This document shows positions 1 to 16,065 of a stretch of DNA of 64,000 bases, in pieces. The first letter of the stretch is position 1. Every line of letters starts with the position of its first letter. The position numbers were made by a program, and so were the translations under genes. The notes beneath the pieces were generated by a model that worked only from the letters and a program-made list of their open reading frames with translations, had not been told where the DNA came from and did not search any database. This stretch comes from the human T2T-CHM13v2.0 reference genome, Homo sapiens. The DNA lies in the NCBI RefSeq assembly GCF_009914755.1, contig NC_060934.1; one strand, 5' to 3'.

Positions 1-1184
1 TTGGTTCAGGAGAGGCTGACTGGCAAGGTGATAGAACCCCACATTTGATCGAAGTTGCTAAACTTCTCATATTGAGCGTTATAAGTGTTAAATGGGTTGA
101 GATCACACTTCTTTCCTCTGACAGTAATCTCACTTTATCGGATACTATCATTATTATTTATGATATTAATAATAATATCATTATTTATTATTATCAGCTA
201 CTATCTCATTATTAATTATATATAAATTTCCCAACTAGAGCAAAATTCTCTGGGAACAGAGAGCGTGCCTTGTGCTTCTACCTGTCTTGGGCAGAATAAA
301 CTCTCAACAGATGCAGGCTGGAGTGATTGTCGCTGCTGTTTTATGAACAAGAGCCTGTCTCTGTTTGTAGAGTATGCCTGGGTCATGCAGCCTTTGCAGG
401 CCTGTTTTCTCATCCTGAAAACCCAGATATCTGTGGATAGATGAGCTCTGTATCTTTCTAACTCTGTTCTTTCTAGCTCTGAAGTTCTGTAATTATGTGA
501 CGGATGAAAATAATTAGAATCAAATAATTCTCTATTTTAAGGTTAAAAAGGGAAATCCATCATGTATGATAGCAATAGAAAAAATAGACCATATTTAACA
601 GCCTTCATTATTTTTCTTTAAAACTCATAATGCCTCTGTAGCTATTTGTAAACAAGTCTCATATAAAAAAATAAAATTGAGCGAGGCAGGGCTAGAGGTG
701 AATTTACCTGTAACTGATGAAGCTAACACTTTGGTATCCCTCAAGAATGTGCCCCTTCCAAGGGCCTGGGATGGACTTTAGCAGTGCGGTTATATGTTCA
801 TATATTTCATAATCTTAAAAAGTATGCTATTGTAGCTGTAATCTGTTACGATTGCCATCTCCTTTCATTCATGTTTCCCATTCTCTTGGGTAGTGTTGGG
901 ATGATTGTGGGTGTTTATAAGATCCAGTTAATAAAAGAGGAGTTGGGGATGCATTTACTTTGGGTTTGGTAGCTTATATTGATGTGGTTCACTCAAAGGA
1001 CTCTAGAAAATTAAGAGTGTAGGATTTTCCCATTCCTGCCAAAACTCTGGGTGGGGAGTTATTGAGTCAAAACAATTGCGAGAATTTGGGAAGTGGGAAA
1101 GAAGAGGAAAATGAAAAAGCTTGCATGGTCCTCAAATGGAAGGGTTTACCTTTGCATAATCGGGGCTGTTTTAACAACCAGCAG

Positions 1185-1410
1185 TGCTCTGGAATCAGGC
1201 ATGTTGAGACCAAGAGCTTTGGAATCAAGTTCAAATTTCAGTTGTGCAATGTATCAACTGTGTACCTTTGGATAAATTATTTTCCTTTGAATCTGTTCCC
1301 TCACGCATTACTGAGGATAGGAATATCGACTACCCTGTACTACCCACAGTTGTTGGGAACTTTAAATGCTATCACATGCATATGCACATAATAGGCACTA
1401 TAAATTACAG
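1185..1410 (+). mobile_element. MIR SINE, degraded
   Basis: MIR-like ...ctttggaatcaagttcaaatttcag...gtgtacctttggataaattatttt...ctgttccctca...cacataataggcact. Confidence 0.55.
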
Positions 1411-1779
1411 CTCTTAAAAATCATGATATGAGATGTTCTCGTGATGTATTTAATTTGAATATCAAAAATTCCAAGCAAGGAAAAAGATCTCCTTTAGAGA
1501 TTTTTGAAGTTAGGAGAGGCTTCCAAGTGTTTAAACAAGGCTTAAATTGTGGCTCTGCAAAGCTGTGACTTGCCCAAAGTCATGCCTCTGGGGAGTGGCA
1601 GGGCTGGTCTTAGAATCCACCTGCCCTAACTTGGAGTATAGTTAGGATAGGTGGGTCCCTTATAGTGAAAGCAAATCAAGAAGTAAGTATGCTGCAAAGG
1701 CCATGTATGAAGAACTGCTGGTATCAGTTTTAAAAAATGCAGTTATCTTTGACCAGTGTTTAGGAATCATACATACATT

Positions 1780-1955
1780 ATCCCACTATAACCTTCATGA
1801 CCACCCTATGAGAAAGTTGCTATATAGTTGCTATTTTATAGATTAAAAAACTAAAATACTGAGACCCAGAAAAGTTAAGAATTTGTTCCAGGCCACACAT
1901 TAATAAATAACAGAACTTGAATTCAACCATAGGTCTGTGTGACCCCAAAGCCACG
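1780..1955 (-). mobile_element. MIR SINE, degraded
   Basis: Antisense MIR core: caccctatgag...attttatagat...actgagacccagaaaagttaag...tctgtgtgaccccaaagcc. Confidence 0.65.
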
Positions 1956-2329
1956 CCCTTTCTCCTTCTTCCATACTGCCCTGTCTTCGTCTGTGTCCAG
2001 AAAGGGACTTTCTCCACCTTTGGCCAAGTTACAACTGTGAAGCCATCCCTGCAGTGTGACTTTCTTCTCTCTGACTGCAAACTTACTGATGCCTCTAAGT
2101 CTCTCATTTTTCGGTCATCTGAACACCACGAAAAGAACCTAACTTGGACATTTTTATGATTTATTTTCAGAGGTTTATAAATTGTCAAATTTTCTCAGAA
2201 ATATTTTTCATAAAGTCAAAGAATTAAGGGAAAAAACAAGAACTTGTTCAGGTCATCCCTTGAGCAGACACACACCTGAACCTCACCAAACTTCTGGAAA
2301 TTTCTTCCACTTAAAACATGCTTTTGCTT

Positions 2330-2480
2330 GGTGGCTTTCAACCTTGGCTGACATTAAAACTATCTGGGAAGCTCTAAGATAGTACCATGCTCAGGCCACA
2401 CCCAAGACTAATAAAATCAGAATCTCCAGGGGTGGGGGGTTTTAAAAGCTCACCAGAGGATCCTGGTGTATAATCACTAA
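2330..2480. mobile_element. MER5A-like hAT-Charlie MITE
   Basis: tcaaccttggctgacatta...ctgggaagct...aggccacacccaagact..aaatcagaatctccagggg resembles MER5A. Confidence 0.6.
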
Positions 2481-2580
2481 GGCTGGATAAAGATAAAGAT
2501 TAGATGGCCTTTCTCAATAATCCTTTTCACTGATGAATTTCTTCTGATGCTCTCAGAAAAAAATTTCTCTCTCTCTCTCT

Positions 2581-2880
2581 TTCTTTTTTTTTTTAACTGA
2601 GACACAGTCTTGCTCTGTCACCCAGGCTGGAGTGCAGTGGTGCAATCTCGGCTCACTGAAACCTCTGTCGCCTGGATTCAAGTGATTCTCATGTCTCAGC
2701 CTTCCGAGTAGCTGAGACTACAGGCGTGCACCACCACGCCTGGATAACGTTTCTGTATTTTTAGTAGAGATGGGGTTTCACCATGTTGGCAAGGCTGTTC
2801 TCAAACTCCTGACTTCAGGTGATCCTCCTGCCTTGGCCTCCTAAAGTGCTGGGATTGCAAACATGAGCCACTGTGCCTGG
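2581..2880 (-). mobile_element. Alu, S family, full length
   Basis: Poly-T then gagacacagtcttgctctgtcacccaggctggagtgcagtgg...aaagtgctgggatt...gagccactgtgcctgg. Confidence 0.95.
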
Positions 2881-2881
2881 A

Positions 2882-3378
<497 letters not shown>

Positions 3379-3449
3379 TGAGGTTCCTTTGGTGGAAGGC
3401 TCATTTCTCTGGTGATTTTACACCATAGTGTGAAAGTGTTGATTAGCAT

Positions 3450-4235
3450 AATTTTCTTTTTAGGACAACTTGTTACTATATTATTAAAAACTTTATAAAC
3501 TGCATATTTATTTGGCCAGCATTTTGATTCTTAGGACTTTATTCCAGAGGAATTAAAAACTGTGCTCAAAGACGTATATATGGAAGTTCATGAAAGCATT
3601 GCTTACGACAGCAAAATTTGGAGGCAACTTGGCAAATATTTGAGAAAGTGTATTCATATGAGAGAATGTAATCATTAACTTACATTTACGTTCATGTTAA
3701 CCAGAACAGAAAATACTGTAGTAGGAAAAGTAAGAGTTAATTTCAGATTAAAAATACATACATTTTTCAGATGTGTAGGGAAAAATACTGAAAGAGTTTA
3801 CTTTAAAACATATGTTGTTGGCTGGGCGGGGTGGCTCACGCCTATAATCCCAGCACTTCGGGAGGCCGAGGCAGGTGGATCACGAGGTCAGGAGATCGAG
3901 ACCATCCTGGCCAACATGGTGAAACCCAGTCTCTACTAAAAATACAAAAATTAGCCGGGTATGGTGTCACGTGCCTGTAGTTTCAGCTACTCAGGAGGCT
4001 GAGGCAGGAGAATTGCTTAAATGTGGGAGGCGGAGCTTGCAGTGAGCCGAGATCGCACCACTGCCTAGGCGACAGAGCAAGACTCCGTCTCAAAAAAAAA
4101 AAACCAAAAAACATATGTTGTCAGTTGTTACCTTGGATGGTTGGTTTTGTAACTGGTTTTTTAGAATGCTCTTCTGAGTTTTTCAGATGTTCTGTTTGAG
4201 TATTATTATTGTTTCATTAGAAACATCAATAAAGT
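3450..4235 (+). mobile_element. Ancient L1 (L1ME-like) 3' region, split by an Alu
   Basis: ccagcattttgattcttaggactttattccagaggaa...aagttcatgaaagcattgctt...agcaaaatttggaggcaac resembles old L1 3' end. Confidence 0.5.
3820..4107 (+). mobile_element. AluSc-like, full length
   Basis: ggatcacgaggtcaggagatcgagaccatcctggccaac; A tail; TSD aaaacatatgttgt on both sides. Confidence 0.95.
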
Positions 4236-4258
4236 AGTCTTCAGAAAATGCTAATTGA

Positions 4259-4611
<353 letters not shown>

Positions 4612-4980
4612 TCATGTCTTATTTTTTAATAAAATATAATGGTATTTGCTGGAACGATTGTTCAGTTGTCTTCAGAGAAGAATATTCTCCTTTTTGATTG
4701 TTGTTATTAAACTCAGCTGTCTCCAGGACAGATTAAGACATTCTTTTTTTCAACTACCCAGATCCCCCTTGACTAGAGCAAATAGCTAAGTTCAGAGGAA
4801 TTTTTGGGAAGAGTCTCAGCCGAACTCTCAGAGAGTAAGGAAAATCCATGAGATGATATGGAGCCTGGGCTGTGACAGACATGTATTTGTTGTTGATAAA
4901 GGAAGAATATATTTGTTAATACTCTTAGCAGAAGAAAACATAGAGAAAATTATGTTTGTGTCTTAAGAAGAAAGAGGAAA

Positions 4981-5115
<135 letters not shown>

Positions 5116-6072
5116 TAGAGGAAGAAAAAGCAAGAATTCTTAAAAAGTAAAAAGAATTGCACAATCCATTTGTGAACTGGAACAACTAAAATGTCCAACA
5201 GAGAAAGTGACTTTGAGTTGAACATGAAGTAGAGCAAGTACCCTGAGCCCAGGGAGAGCTCAGAGGGTAGACAGATATCACTGTGGATCCCAGGAAAAGG
5301 ACGGCTTCCTCAGAGCAAAGCATCCTGCTCAATTTCAAGATGACATTTAAGGAAAGCAACATGTTTTTTAAAGCTTGGGTACCGAAGTTATGGCCAAAAG
5401 TTTAAACTGAGATATACAAGAAGATGCTACAAGAAGTAATATAATATGAAGTTCAGATCTGGCTGGGAAAGGAGAAAGAGGCAGGAGGAATGACAACTTT
5501 ATGGAGTACCCTCTTTGACAGAAGTGTGGTTTGTGCGTCCCCTCCACAGCCGTGGAAGCTGGACAGGCAGGGCTGCAGTGAGAGATGCACTCAAAAGAGC
5601 TGTGGGCATTGTTTGGCAGCGGCTCGACAGCTGCTCAAATTGCAGGAGACAAGAAGTTAAACAGGACGCTGGCTTTCCAATCGACTTGTGCAAAGGAATT
5701 TCTATTTTAGGAGGAACAGAGGCCTTGAGTCCACAGTGCCACCTGCAGGGGGCCAGCTGGGCAGGGAGGAAGAAGTCACAAAATCACTCGGGAATAGTTT
5801 AGTTGCCAGGGGGCCCTGGGTCCATCTGAACTGAGTCACGGCACTTGCACTAAAGCAAATCTACTCACAGACTGATTACTACTGATTTGCTCAGGGAAAA
5901 GTCCCTCTCCCTAAACTAGGACTCACTCTACCAAGAGTTTCCTTGGCTGATATAAGGATCAGAGGCTACTTCACATGACTTCTCACCATCACTGATGCCA
6001 CTCTTAGTCCTGCTGCAATGTACCTTTCACAGGGATGGGTAGCAGAGAGGATCAGCTCTGTTTTCATCATTA

Positions 6073-6421
6073 TTTTTTTGGTTTTGTTTTTTTTGTTTGT
6101 TTTCTTTTAGAGACAGGGTCTTGCTGTGTTGCCCAGGCTGGAGTGCAGTGGAGCAATCACTGCTGGAGTGCAGTGGAGCTCACTGGAGCCTCCAGCTCTT
6201 GAGCTCCAAGTATCCTCCCACCTCAGCCTCCTGAGTAGCTGGGACTACTGGTGCATGCCCCCGTGCCTGGCTAATTACATTTTTTTTTTTTTTTTTTTTT
6301 TTTTAGAAACTGGGTCTTGCTATGTTGCCCAGGCTGGTCTCAAATTTCTGGCCTGAAATAATCCTCCCACCTCGGCCTCCCAAAGTGCTGGGATTACAGG
6401 CATGAACCACTGCACCCAGCC
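6073..6421 (-). mobile_element. AluJ with short internal duplication
   Basis: Antisense Alu; gctggagtgcagtggagc occurs twice at 6137-6180. Confidence 0.9.
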
Positions 6422-6573
6422 TGTCATCATTGTTGAAAAGCATTTTAAGTACCTCCCAGCTGCCCTGCTGGCAGAGGAGGCAGATGCATCCTATAGAGTA
6501 GTGGGTACAAACATGGGCTTCAGCCTCAGCCAGCCTTGGGTTCAAATTCCAGCCAGGGAAGGGACAGGATTCA

Positions 6574-6793
6574 GCAGGGCCAGGATTAGAGTCAGGTGAT
6601 TAAGGCTGAGTCCCAGTATAAGGTCAGAGTCTGTCTTTTTTTCACATTTTAATATTTTACTATGGAATGTTTTCACTAATTTTGCATTTTTAAAAAATTG
6701 CACTGAAATATCCTTTACCTTGCTTACTGAGCCTTTTGGCTTTCCTTTACATTTTGCACCAAACTGAGTGCTCACTCACCTCACCTAGTCTCA
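6574..6793. mobile_element. hAT-type MITE (MER91-like) inserted in a MIR
   Basis: Degenerate terminal inverted ends cagggccaggattagagtcagg... / ...ctcactcacctcacctagtctc; MIR-like sequence on both sides. Confidence 0.4.
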
Positions 6794-6819
6794 ATATAGT
6801 CCAGCCCAAGCATGTCGGT

Positions 6820-6980
6820 TTCATGAGGTTGTGCAAGTCATTTTAAATCTTGCTTTCATCGTCTGAAAATGGGATGATTAACAGATTCTATCTTACAGGG
6901 TTTTGTAAAGTTAAATGAGATAATGCCCTTAAAACTCTTAGCACGGGACCTGAAGTGTACATAGGTGTGCAATAAACTGC
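6820..6980 (+). mobile_element. MIR SINE
   Basis: gcaagtcattttaaatct...ttcatcgtctgaaaatgggatga...gttaaatgagataatg...cttagcac. Confidence 0.65.
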
Positions 6981-7897
6981 CTGTACCTTTGCTAAGTCAC
7001 CCTATGGCCAGGATCTGATGTGTTGCACACAGCAAACCTAGATATAGCGTGTGCCTCCTGAAGGAATCATTTGCTTGAAGAGAGAACATGAGTCAGTGCC
7101 CAAAAAGCATGTTACTGCCAATAAGAACCACATTTTACAAGACAGAAAATGACCCGCCAAGCCATTTCTGGACACTTACTAATAAAATGTAGCTAATTTC
7201 AAATTGGGATCCAGACTATGACTTGAGCCGGGCCGCAGGTTGTTAAAAACCATGAGCAAATTCACAGATCCCAGAGTAGAAGAAATGCCCTTTGCTGAGA
7301 ATCAGCCGAAATTGTGGTGTGTGTTGGAAAACAGCAGCAAGTACTTATTCCTTGGACACCTTGTCCTCAGCTAAGGCATTTGCTAGGCACCCGTAGGAAT
7401 ATATGCTTGAGAAATAGGCGAAACTACTTGCGAACACGTGCACCGACCAAGGCTGCTGTATGCCCTGCAGTGCATATAAACACATGGTGGGAGTGAGCTC
7501 AGGGTGAAAAGATGTGTTAAGAAACACATTATATCAACCACATCCGCCCTTCCACACATTCTGGGAAAATGACAGTTTATGCTTTCAATGTTGCCGTTTC
7601 CAAAGAACCGTGATTTAGTGTCTCATATAAAAGTACAGCAGGCAAGCTGGATCCATTTCAAATTTACTAGTAAAATTAAAATTAGTTCTTTGAAAATTGA
7701 AAAACTTTCAGCCAAGAGATTCATTCTGGTTTCATGACATTTGTAAAATTGTTCTATGTTTAAGGTTTTAGGTATTGAAAACATCTGTCCTATTTCCTAA
7801 GGTAAAACTCAATGCTAAAAGGAATGACAGTGAAAAAAGGTGACTGATGAGCTTTTGAATTTCAACTCTCTTTACTACTTGGAGTCTGGAAATAGCT

Positions 7898-8673
7898 TGT
7901 GATAGGCAGAATATGGATCCCCCAAAGATGTCCACGTCCTAATCCCTGCAATTTGTGAATATGTTGCTTTTGTAAGGAACTTTGCAGATGTGATTAAATT
8001 AAGAATCTTGAGATGGGAAGATTATCTTGGATTATTTTAGTGGGCCTAAATGAATCACACAAATCTTCAAAATCAGACAACCTTTTCTTGCCATAGTTGG
8101 AAGGCGATATTCCTGCAGAAGAAAAGTTAAAAAGATGCAACTTTGCTGGCTTTGAAAATGGAGAATAGGCCATAAACAAAGGAATGGAGCAGCTGCAAGG
8201 AGCTAAAAGACAAAGAAATAGATTTCCCCCTAGAACCTCCAGAAAGGAATGCAGCCCAGCTGATGCCCTGATTTTAGTCCAGTGCAACCTGTGTTGGACT
8301 TCTAACTTCAAGAACTGTAAGGTAATATATCCGTCTTGTTTTGTTTTTTCCTTTTTTGAGATGGAGTCTTGCTCTGTTGCCCAGGCTGGAGTGCAGTGGT
8401 GTGATCTCGACTCACTGATTCTCCTGCCTTAGCCGCCCGAGTAGCTGGAATTATAGGTGCCACCATGCCCAGCTAATTTTTGTATTTATAGTAGAGATGA
8501 GGTTTCATCATCTTGGCCAGGCTGGTCTTGAATGCCTGACCTCAGGTGATCCGCCTGCCTCAGCCTTCTAAAGTGCTGGGATTACAGGCATGAGCCACCG
8601 TGCCTGGCTACATCTGTCTTAAGTCACAAAGTTTGTGGTGATTTGTTATAGCAGCAAAAAGCAACTAATATAC
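7898..8673 (+). mobile_element. MLT1D/E-like MaLR solo LTR interrupted by an Alu
   Basis: 5' tgtgataggcagaat...cccaaagatgtccacgtcctaatccc; ctttgcagatgtgattaaattaag; 3' tttgtggtgatttgttatagcagc...aactaataca. Confidence 0.85.
8339..8609 (-). mobile_element. AluS with right-arm deletion, inside the MLT1 LTR
   Basis: Antisense Alu; degenerate TSD atatccgtctt / acatctgtctt. Confidence 0.93.
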
Positions 8674-9692
8674 AGCTGAAATTATATAACTTTCCATTCA
8701 TCAATTTCATGACTTATTGTAGCTTTACTAGGTATTTAAAAGCAAACTCTAGTATAGTATTTTTAAAATTCTAATATTTTTATTGTTGGGTCTTGCATCC
8801 TTGTTTTCTTCTCCTCATTTATCCTAGGATGGTAGGACCTACAGATTCTTGATTAGATTATAGATGCAAAAAAAGAACCTGGAATTATTCCCCAAGAAGC
8901 TCCTTCTTCTGAAACCAAGAGGTGAGGAATGCTCGTCTGCTCCAGGACATGCTCAGTGAGATGAAAAGCTGTATGCATGGGAGTTGGGCCATGAAGTGCA
9001 AGATGCAAACCCTTGAAATCGTTTTTAATGAAATATAAACATTGAGTTAGCATGAGGGCCACAGTTTCTGGGTGGTTGGTTCTAAGTTTGGCAATCAGGA
9101 CATAGAGGGAAAATTCTCCTGCTTTAATGGCCTCCAGATGTTCTTTTGGTCCCAACTGAAAATTTCTCATCATTTATGGTTAATATTTTTGTCAGCAGCA
9201 GAGTTTTGTTGTAATGTCTCCAAACTGGTGGTAGTGACCATTAGTCATTAGACAAACCCCAAATAAGGGTTTAATCTTGGGGTCACTTTAAGTGTTCCAT
9301 TATATTTCACTTAATGAATAGTCATCAGAATGTTCTGTTTGTACAACAGGGGACTACATGATTCTATCTGATGACAACCAGTCAGTGATCTCAGGTATAA
9401 AATGCAATGTCCTATTGTAACAATGGCTGGCATTACACCCAACATCTAGAAGAAAAAAAACAATGATGTCAGAAGGCAGTCATCTGGAGTGAATAAAAGG
9501 CAAGAGGCTTATTGCAAATTCTAATGCACTTCATCATAGAATTTTAATTAACTATTCCATTCACACCAATTGGGGACTATTAAAGCAGTCGTTTCTGAGA
9601 AGCAATCTTTGGGAAATTCAGGTAAAAAAAGACAACTTCTGTCTTCTGGAACAATAAGGTTATGACTTCCTACACCTAATAAAAGGTGACTA

Positions 9693-9889
<197 letters not shown>

Positions 9890-10439
9890 TTAATTATGTA
9901 ACATAGTCTGAAAATAAGCAAATTACTTATATACATGCTTTGATCTTTCTCTATCTGAGGAATGGGAAGAACATAGTTTACCTCTCTAGAAGTCGCTTCT
10001 GAGAATTGTGGTCCATGCTCCATTCTGAATCCACAAGGAAAGGCCTTCACACTATACATGGCAATTGCCATTAGATATTGTCTTCTGGTTATGGCGCAAT
10101 GGGCTGATTGCCTTAGTTATGTCAGAAAGGTGTTTGAAGAGCCTATTGTGACTTGCCTGGTTTTAAAGGCTTGAGTTATAACTGGCTAATAATACACATT
10201 GATACTGTCTGCAGCTTTTAACAAGTGTTTTTTGTTTGTGCTTAATACTTATCAGATGACTAGGTAATTTTTGAGGTTGACTCACCAGGGCATTTGGTTT
10301 CATGGGTCATTAGGGACCTGAATTACAGGCCCTTCACAACACTTAGCAAGTGAATCATACTGAACAATAGAATCTCTTTTAACCTTTGTCTTTTTAAAAA
10401 TTAAATGATAATAAATCATTCGACCCTACATTAAATCTT

Positions 10440-11120
<681 letters not shown>

Positions 11121-11443
11121 AGAACAAAGAAAAGATGTTACCACGAACTCTAAAATGGCACACTTGCAGATTTCTCACTGGGGAAGATGTCTCGTCTTCC
11201 TCGTGTTGTTCCCGTTTTCTTTCTCATCCAGGGTCCGACAGGGATGACATCAACAGAAGCTCAGGCTAGAAGGAAGATGAGGTAGCAGTGGGCCTGGTCT
11301 GCCCCCACCCCCAGGAGTGACTGGCAGCACACATAGCCTGAATCGACAAGATTTTAAAAAAACATATATGTTTTGGTTTTCACAAATTCTCCCACCTGTT
11401 GGTAAGTACTTTTGAAAATTTAAATCATAGACTCATTCTTTTA

Positions 11444-12013
<570 letters not shown>

Positions 12014-12151
12014 GGTGGGGGGGATAGCCAGGAAGAAGCCCTGTTCTAATCCCGAACAGCTCTTTCCCTTGTCCACCCTGTTTCAGATCACATTGTTTAA
12101 AGCAACAATAATAATAATAATTATAACAACAGAGAAGAGAACTTGCGCGAA

Positions 12152-12482
12152 TTTACTTTTATTTTATTTTTTCTAAGACAGCATCTTGCTCTGTCACCCC
12201 GGCTGGAATGTAGTGACGTGATCACAGCTCACTGCAACCTCTTCCTCCTGGGCTCAGGTGATCCTCCCACCTTAGCCTCCTGAGTAGCTAGGACCACAGG
12301 CATCTGCCACCACATCTGGCTAATTTTTTAAAATTTTTTTGTAAAGACAGAGTTTCGCCATGTTGCCCATGCTGGTCTTGAACTCCTGAGCTCAAGCTAT
12401 GTGCCTGCCTGGGCTCAAGCTATGTGCCTGCCTCGGCCTCCCAAAGTGCTGGGATTACAGGCGTGAGCCACCACACCCAGCC
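12152..12482 (-). mobile_element. AluJb-like with internal tandem duplication
   Basis: Antisense Alu; gctcaagctatgtgcctgcct present twice (12390-12433). Confidence 0.93.
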
Positions 12483-13016
12483 TCAGCATTTGGTAAGCCT
12501 TGAATATGTGCCAAACACTCTGCTAAGCATGTTACATTCATTATATTATCCAATCCACAGACTAACCCAAGAGCAAAGCACCGTTAGTATATTCATCCTA
12601 TCGTACAGATGGGCCTGGGACAGCTAAGATAGTTGCCTTTTGGGTTGAGCGTTGTCCTCTTTCTTCTCTTGCTTTTAAAATGTATTTATTGATTCTTTCA
12701 ACAAAGATTTATTGAGCACTTATTATGTCCCAGGCCCTATTTAATCTTTATATATTCTCATATATTGATGAAGATGTCATGAGCTCAATAAACTGCTTTG
12801 TTCTAAGAGAAGAAAGAAGTTTCTGTAAAAGCAGGGGCTTCTGAGAAAAGAGGGAAATGTGAACTTCAGACTTCAGTGGCTTCACACACTTCTGCCCTGA
12901 GCAGTATTGATAAGAATGCAGTCTCTCAGGTTGAAGTATGTCACTTTCACCTTTTCAACTGGGTGGGGAGAATGATATCTGGGGAATGTGAAGTGTTTTT
13001 ACTGCAGGCTTTCTGC

Positions 13017-13161
13017 AAAGACCAAAGGGAGAGATAGGGCCTGAAAAATGATGGGGAATTCCCAGATCTGAGAAAACTCGTTAATAAACTTGGAATCCTG
13101 GTGCCCCCGTTTGAAAGGGCCTCGGACGTCTCTGAGTCCATCCCTTAGACAAGCTCTCTAT
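13017..13161 (+). repeat. Local dispersed duplication, copy A
   Basis: About 88% identical by hand alignment to 15600-15685 + 16006-16065. Confidence 0.9.
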
Positions 13162-13877
13162 TGGAAGCAAGATGTCCTATTAACAAATGTTAATTTGTTA
13201 AACAGACTACTTCTGCCTGCACACACTTTGAATGCAGGGGAACTCTCTCTCTCATGAGGCAGCCGATTCTGGTGCTAAACAGACTGTTCTTCCTCATACC
13301 AAGCCAGGAATCTACCTCTATGTCCACTCATGGGTCCCAGATCAGTCCTTGGATGTCATGAATACTAATCCGGTCAGGAATAATAAGTCATGAACAATAA
13401 ATCTGGTATTTCTTTCATAGGAGCATTCATCTCTAAAATCAGAAACCTTGTTTCCACTAAGACTTTCTTGTCTTGCTCCTTCAGCTTCCCTTACATGTCA
13501 TGATTCCAAATGCTTTACTATCCTAGCTGGAGCAAGGGGAACTGTGAATGAATGAGCTGGAGACACTGGAGGCTTGCTCAGAGGAGCCATTATTAATAAA
13601 CACACACTGAAGTCACAAGAAACTTTGAAAGAGGGGCTGGGGCCTCTCCTGTGGCCATTAGGATGTGGACAAAGCGTCTTTGGAATGGAAGAGGTTTCTG
13701 GGGTCAGGGATCATCTGGCTGGTATTTGAGTCCCTATATAGCGCTTGTGACACTCAGAACAGTCTTTTTAAGGCCAGGCTGTGGTGTCTGAAGAAGTACC
13801 TGGGAAGCAAATATAATTGCTCTAAGTAGCATGCTTGACCTAGGCAATGTACACAGCCATCTCTGGGGAGAATTTCA

Positions 13878-14041
13878 TTTTTATTATTTGAGACAGAGTT
13901 TTGCTCTGTTGCCCAGGCTGGAGTGCAGTGGTGCAATCACAGGTCACTGAAGGCTTGACCTCTCAGGCTCAAGTGATCCTCCCACCTTAGCCTCCCAAGT
14001 AGCTGGAACTACAGGTGCACACCACCATGCCTGGCTGATTT
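13878..14041 (-). mobile_element. AluJ right monomer
   Basis: gagacagagttttgctctgttgcccaggctgg...caggctcaagtgatcctcccacc...gcctggctgattt. Confidence 0.9.
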
Positions 14042-14142
14042 GTGGAATCTGAGGGTGATCCTGAAGACCCCCAAACTTGCAACTATTGTCTGAAGTAAGG
14101 GACTGTTCCATTAGACTTTGCAGTTTGCTAAACTCTGTTACA
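14042..14142 (+). mobile_element. ERVL-type LTR 3' fragment (MER68/MER21-like)
   Basis: ctgagggtgatcctgaagacccccaaacttgcaact...gtctgaagt...actttgcagtttgctaaactctg. Confidence 0.5.
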
Positions 14143-14184
14143 GCCCTTCACTCTAGGGAAATAAACTCTGACTCTTTATCGAGG

Positions 14185-14539
<355 letters not shown>

Positions 14540-14819
14540 TAGCTTTCCTTTTTCTGGATCACACCCCTGCATGTGCTGGTGACTGGAGTTTGGATGTGTG
14601 TGCTGGGATGTCCACATAGGTGAGTATGAGTCTCCCCGCAACATGGAGGGAATGAGAGAACAGAGGGTGAGTTATGGTACAAAGGCCTGGAGCCAGGGCC
14701 TTCTCTCCCCACACCACCATACTCCACTGCGGAATTCCAGACAGTCGAGAATTCTAAATTTGAACATAGACTTCGAGGTTATCATGGTGTTTTTTTCAAA
14801 GCAGCAAGCTCCCTTTTCA

Positions 14820-15185
14820 TTTTATTTTGTTGTATTTTATTAATTAATTTATTTTATTTTCAGTTTTATTTTAGGTTCGGGGGACATGTGAAGTTTGTTA
14901 TATAGGTAAACTCGTGTCACTGGGATTTGCTGTATAAATTATTTCATTTCCCAGGTACAGGTACTAAGTGTAGTACCCAGTAGTTAATTTTTTTCTGCTC
15001 CTCTCCTTCCTCCCATCCTCTACCCTCAAGTAGGCCCCAGTTTCTGCTGTTCCCTTCTTTGTGTTCATAAGTTCTCATCATTCAGCTCCCACCTATAAAT
15101 GAGAACGTGTGGGATTTGGTTTTCTGTTTCTGCATTTAACTTGTTAAGGATAATAGCCTCCAGCTCCATTCATGTTCCCCAAAAG
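14820..15185 (-). mobile_element. L1PA (older, PA15/16-like) 3' end
   Basis: T-rich tail; gtttgttatataggtaaactcgtgtc...cagctcccacctataaatgagaac...gcctccagctccattcatgt. Confidence 0.9.
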
Positions 15186-15211
15186 TAGCTTGTTTTTTGG
15201 AAGCTACGTAA

Positions 15212-15365
15212 TTTTTTTTTCTTTTCTTTTCTTTCTTTTTTCTTTTTTTGTAGAGATAGGATCTCACTGTGTTGCCCAAACTGACCTCAAACTCCTGGCC
15301 TCAAATGATCCTCCCACCTTGGCCTCCCAGTGTGCTGAGATTACAGGTGTAAGCCACCATTCCCG
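15212..15365 (-). mobile_element. FLAM / Alu left monomer
   Basis: ttgtagagataggatctcactgtgttgccc...ctcctggcctcaaatgatcctcccacc...ttacaggtgtaagccacc. Confidence 0.85.
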
Positions 15366-15599
15366 CAGCAAAGCTTATGGATTCTTTAATGCTCTCAACT
15401 CTCATGAAAACAACCACCATAAATCTTAGTTCGTTCATTGTCATAAATTATTTTTTTCCCTATATTTTGTAAAGAACTGAAATTGAGAAAAGACTACTAA
15501 TGTGACCCTAGCATTTCTGTTACTGGAAACTTATACTTTTAGCCTTATTTATAACATAAAGAATGCTAAATTTATAATATAAATAATGCTAAAAAGACC

Positions 15600-16065
<466 letters not shown>

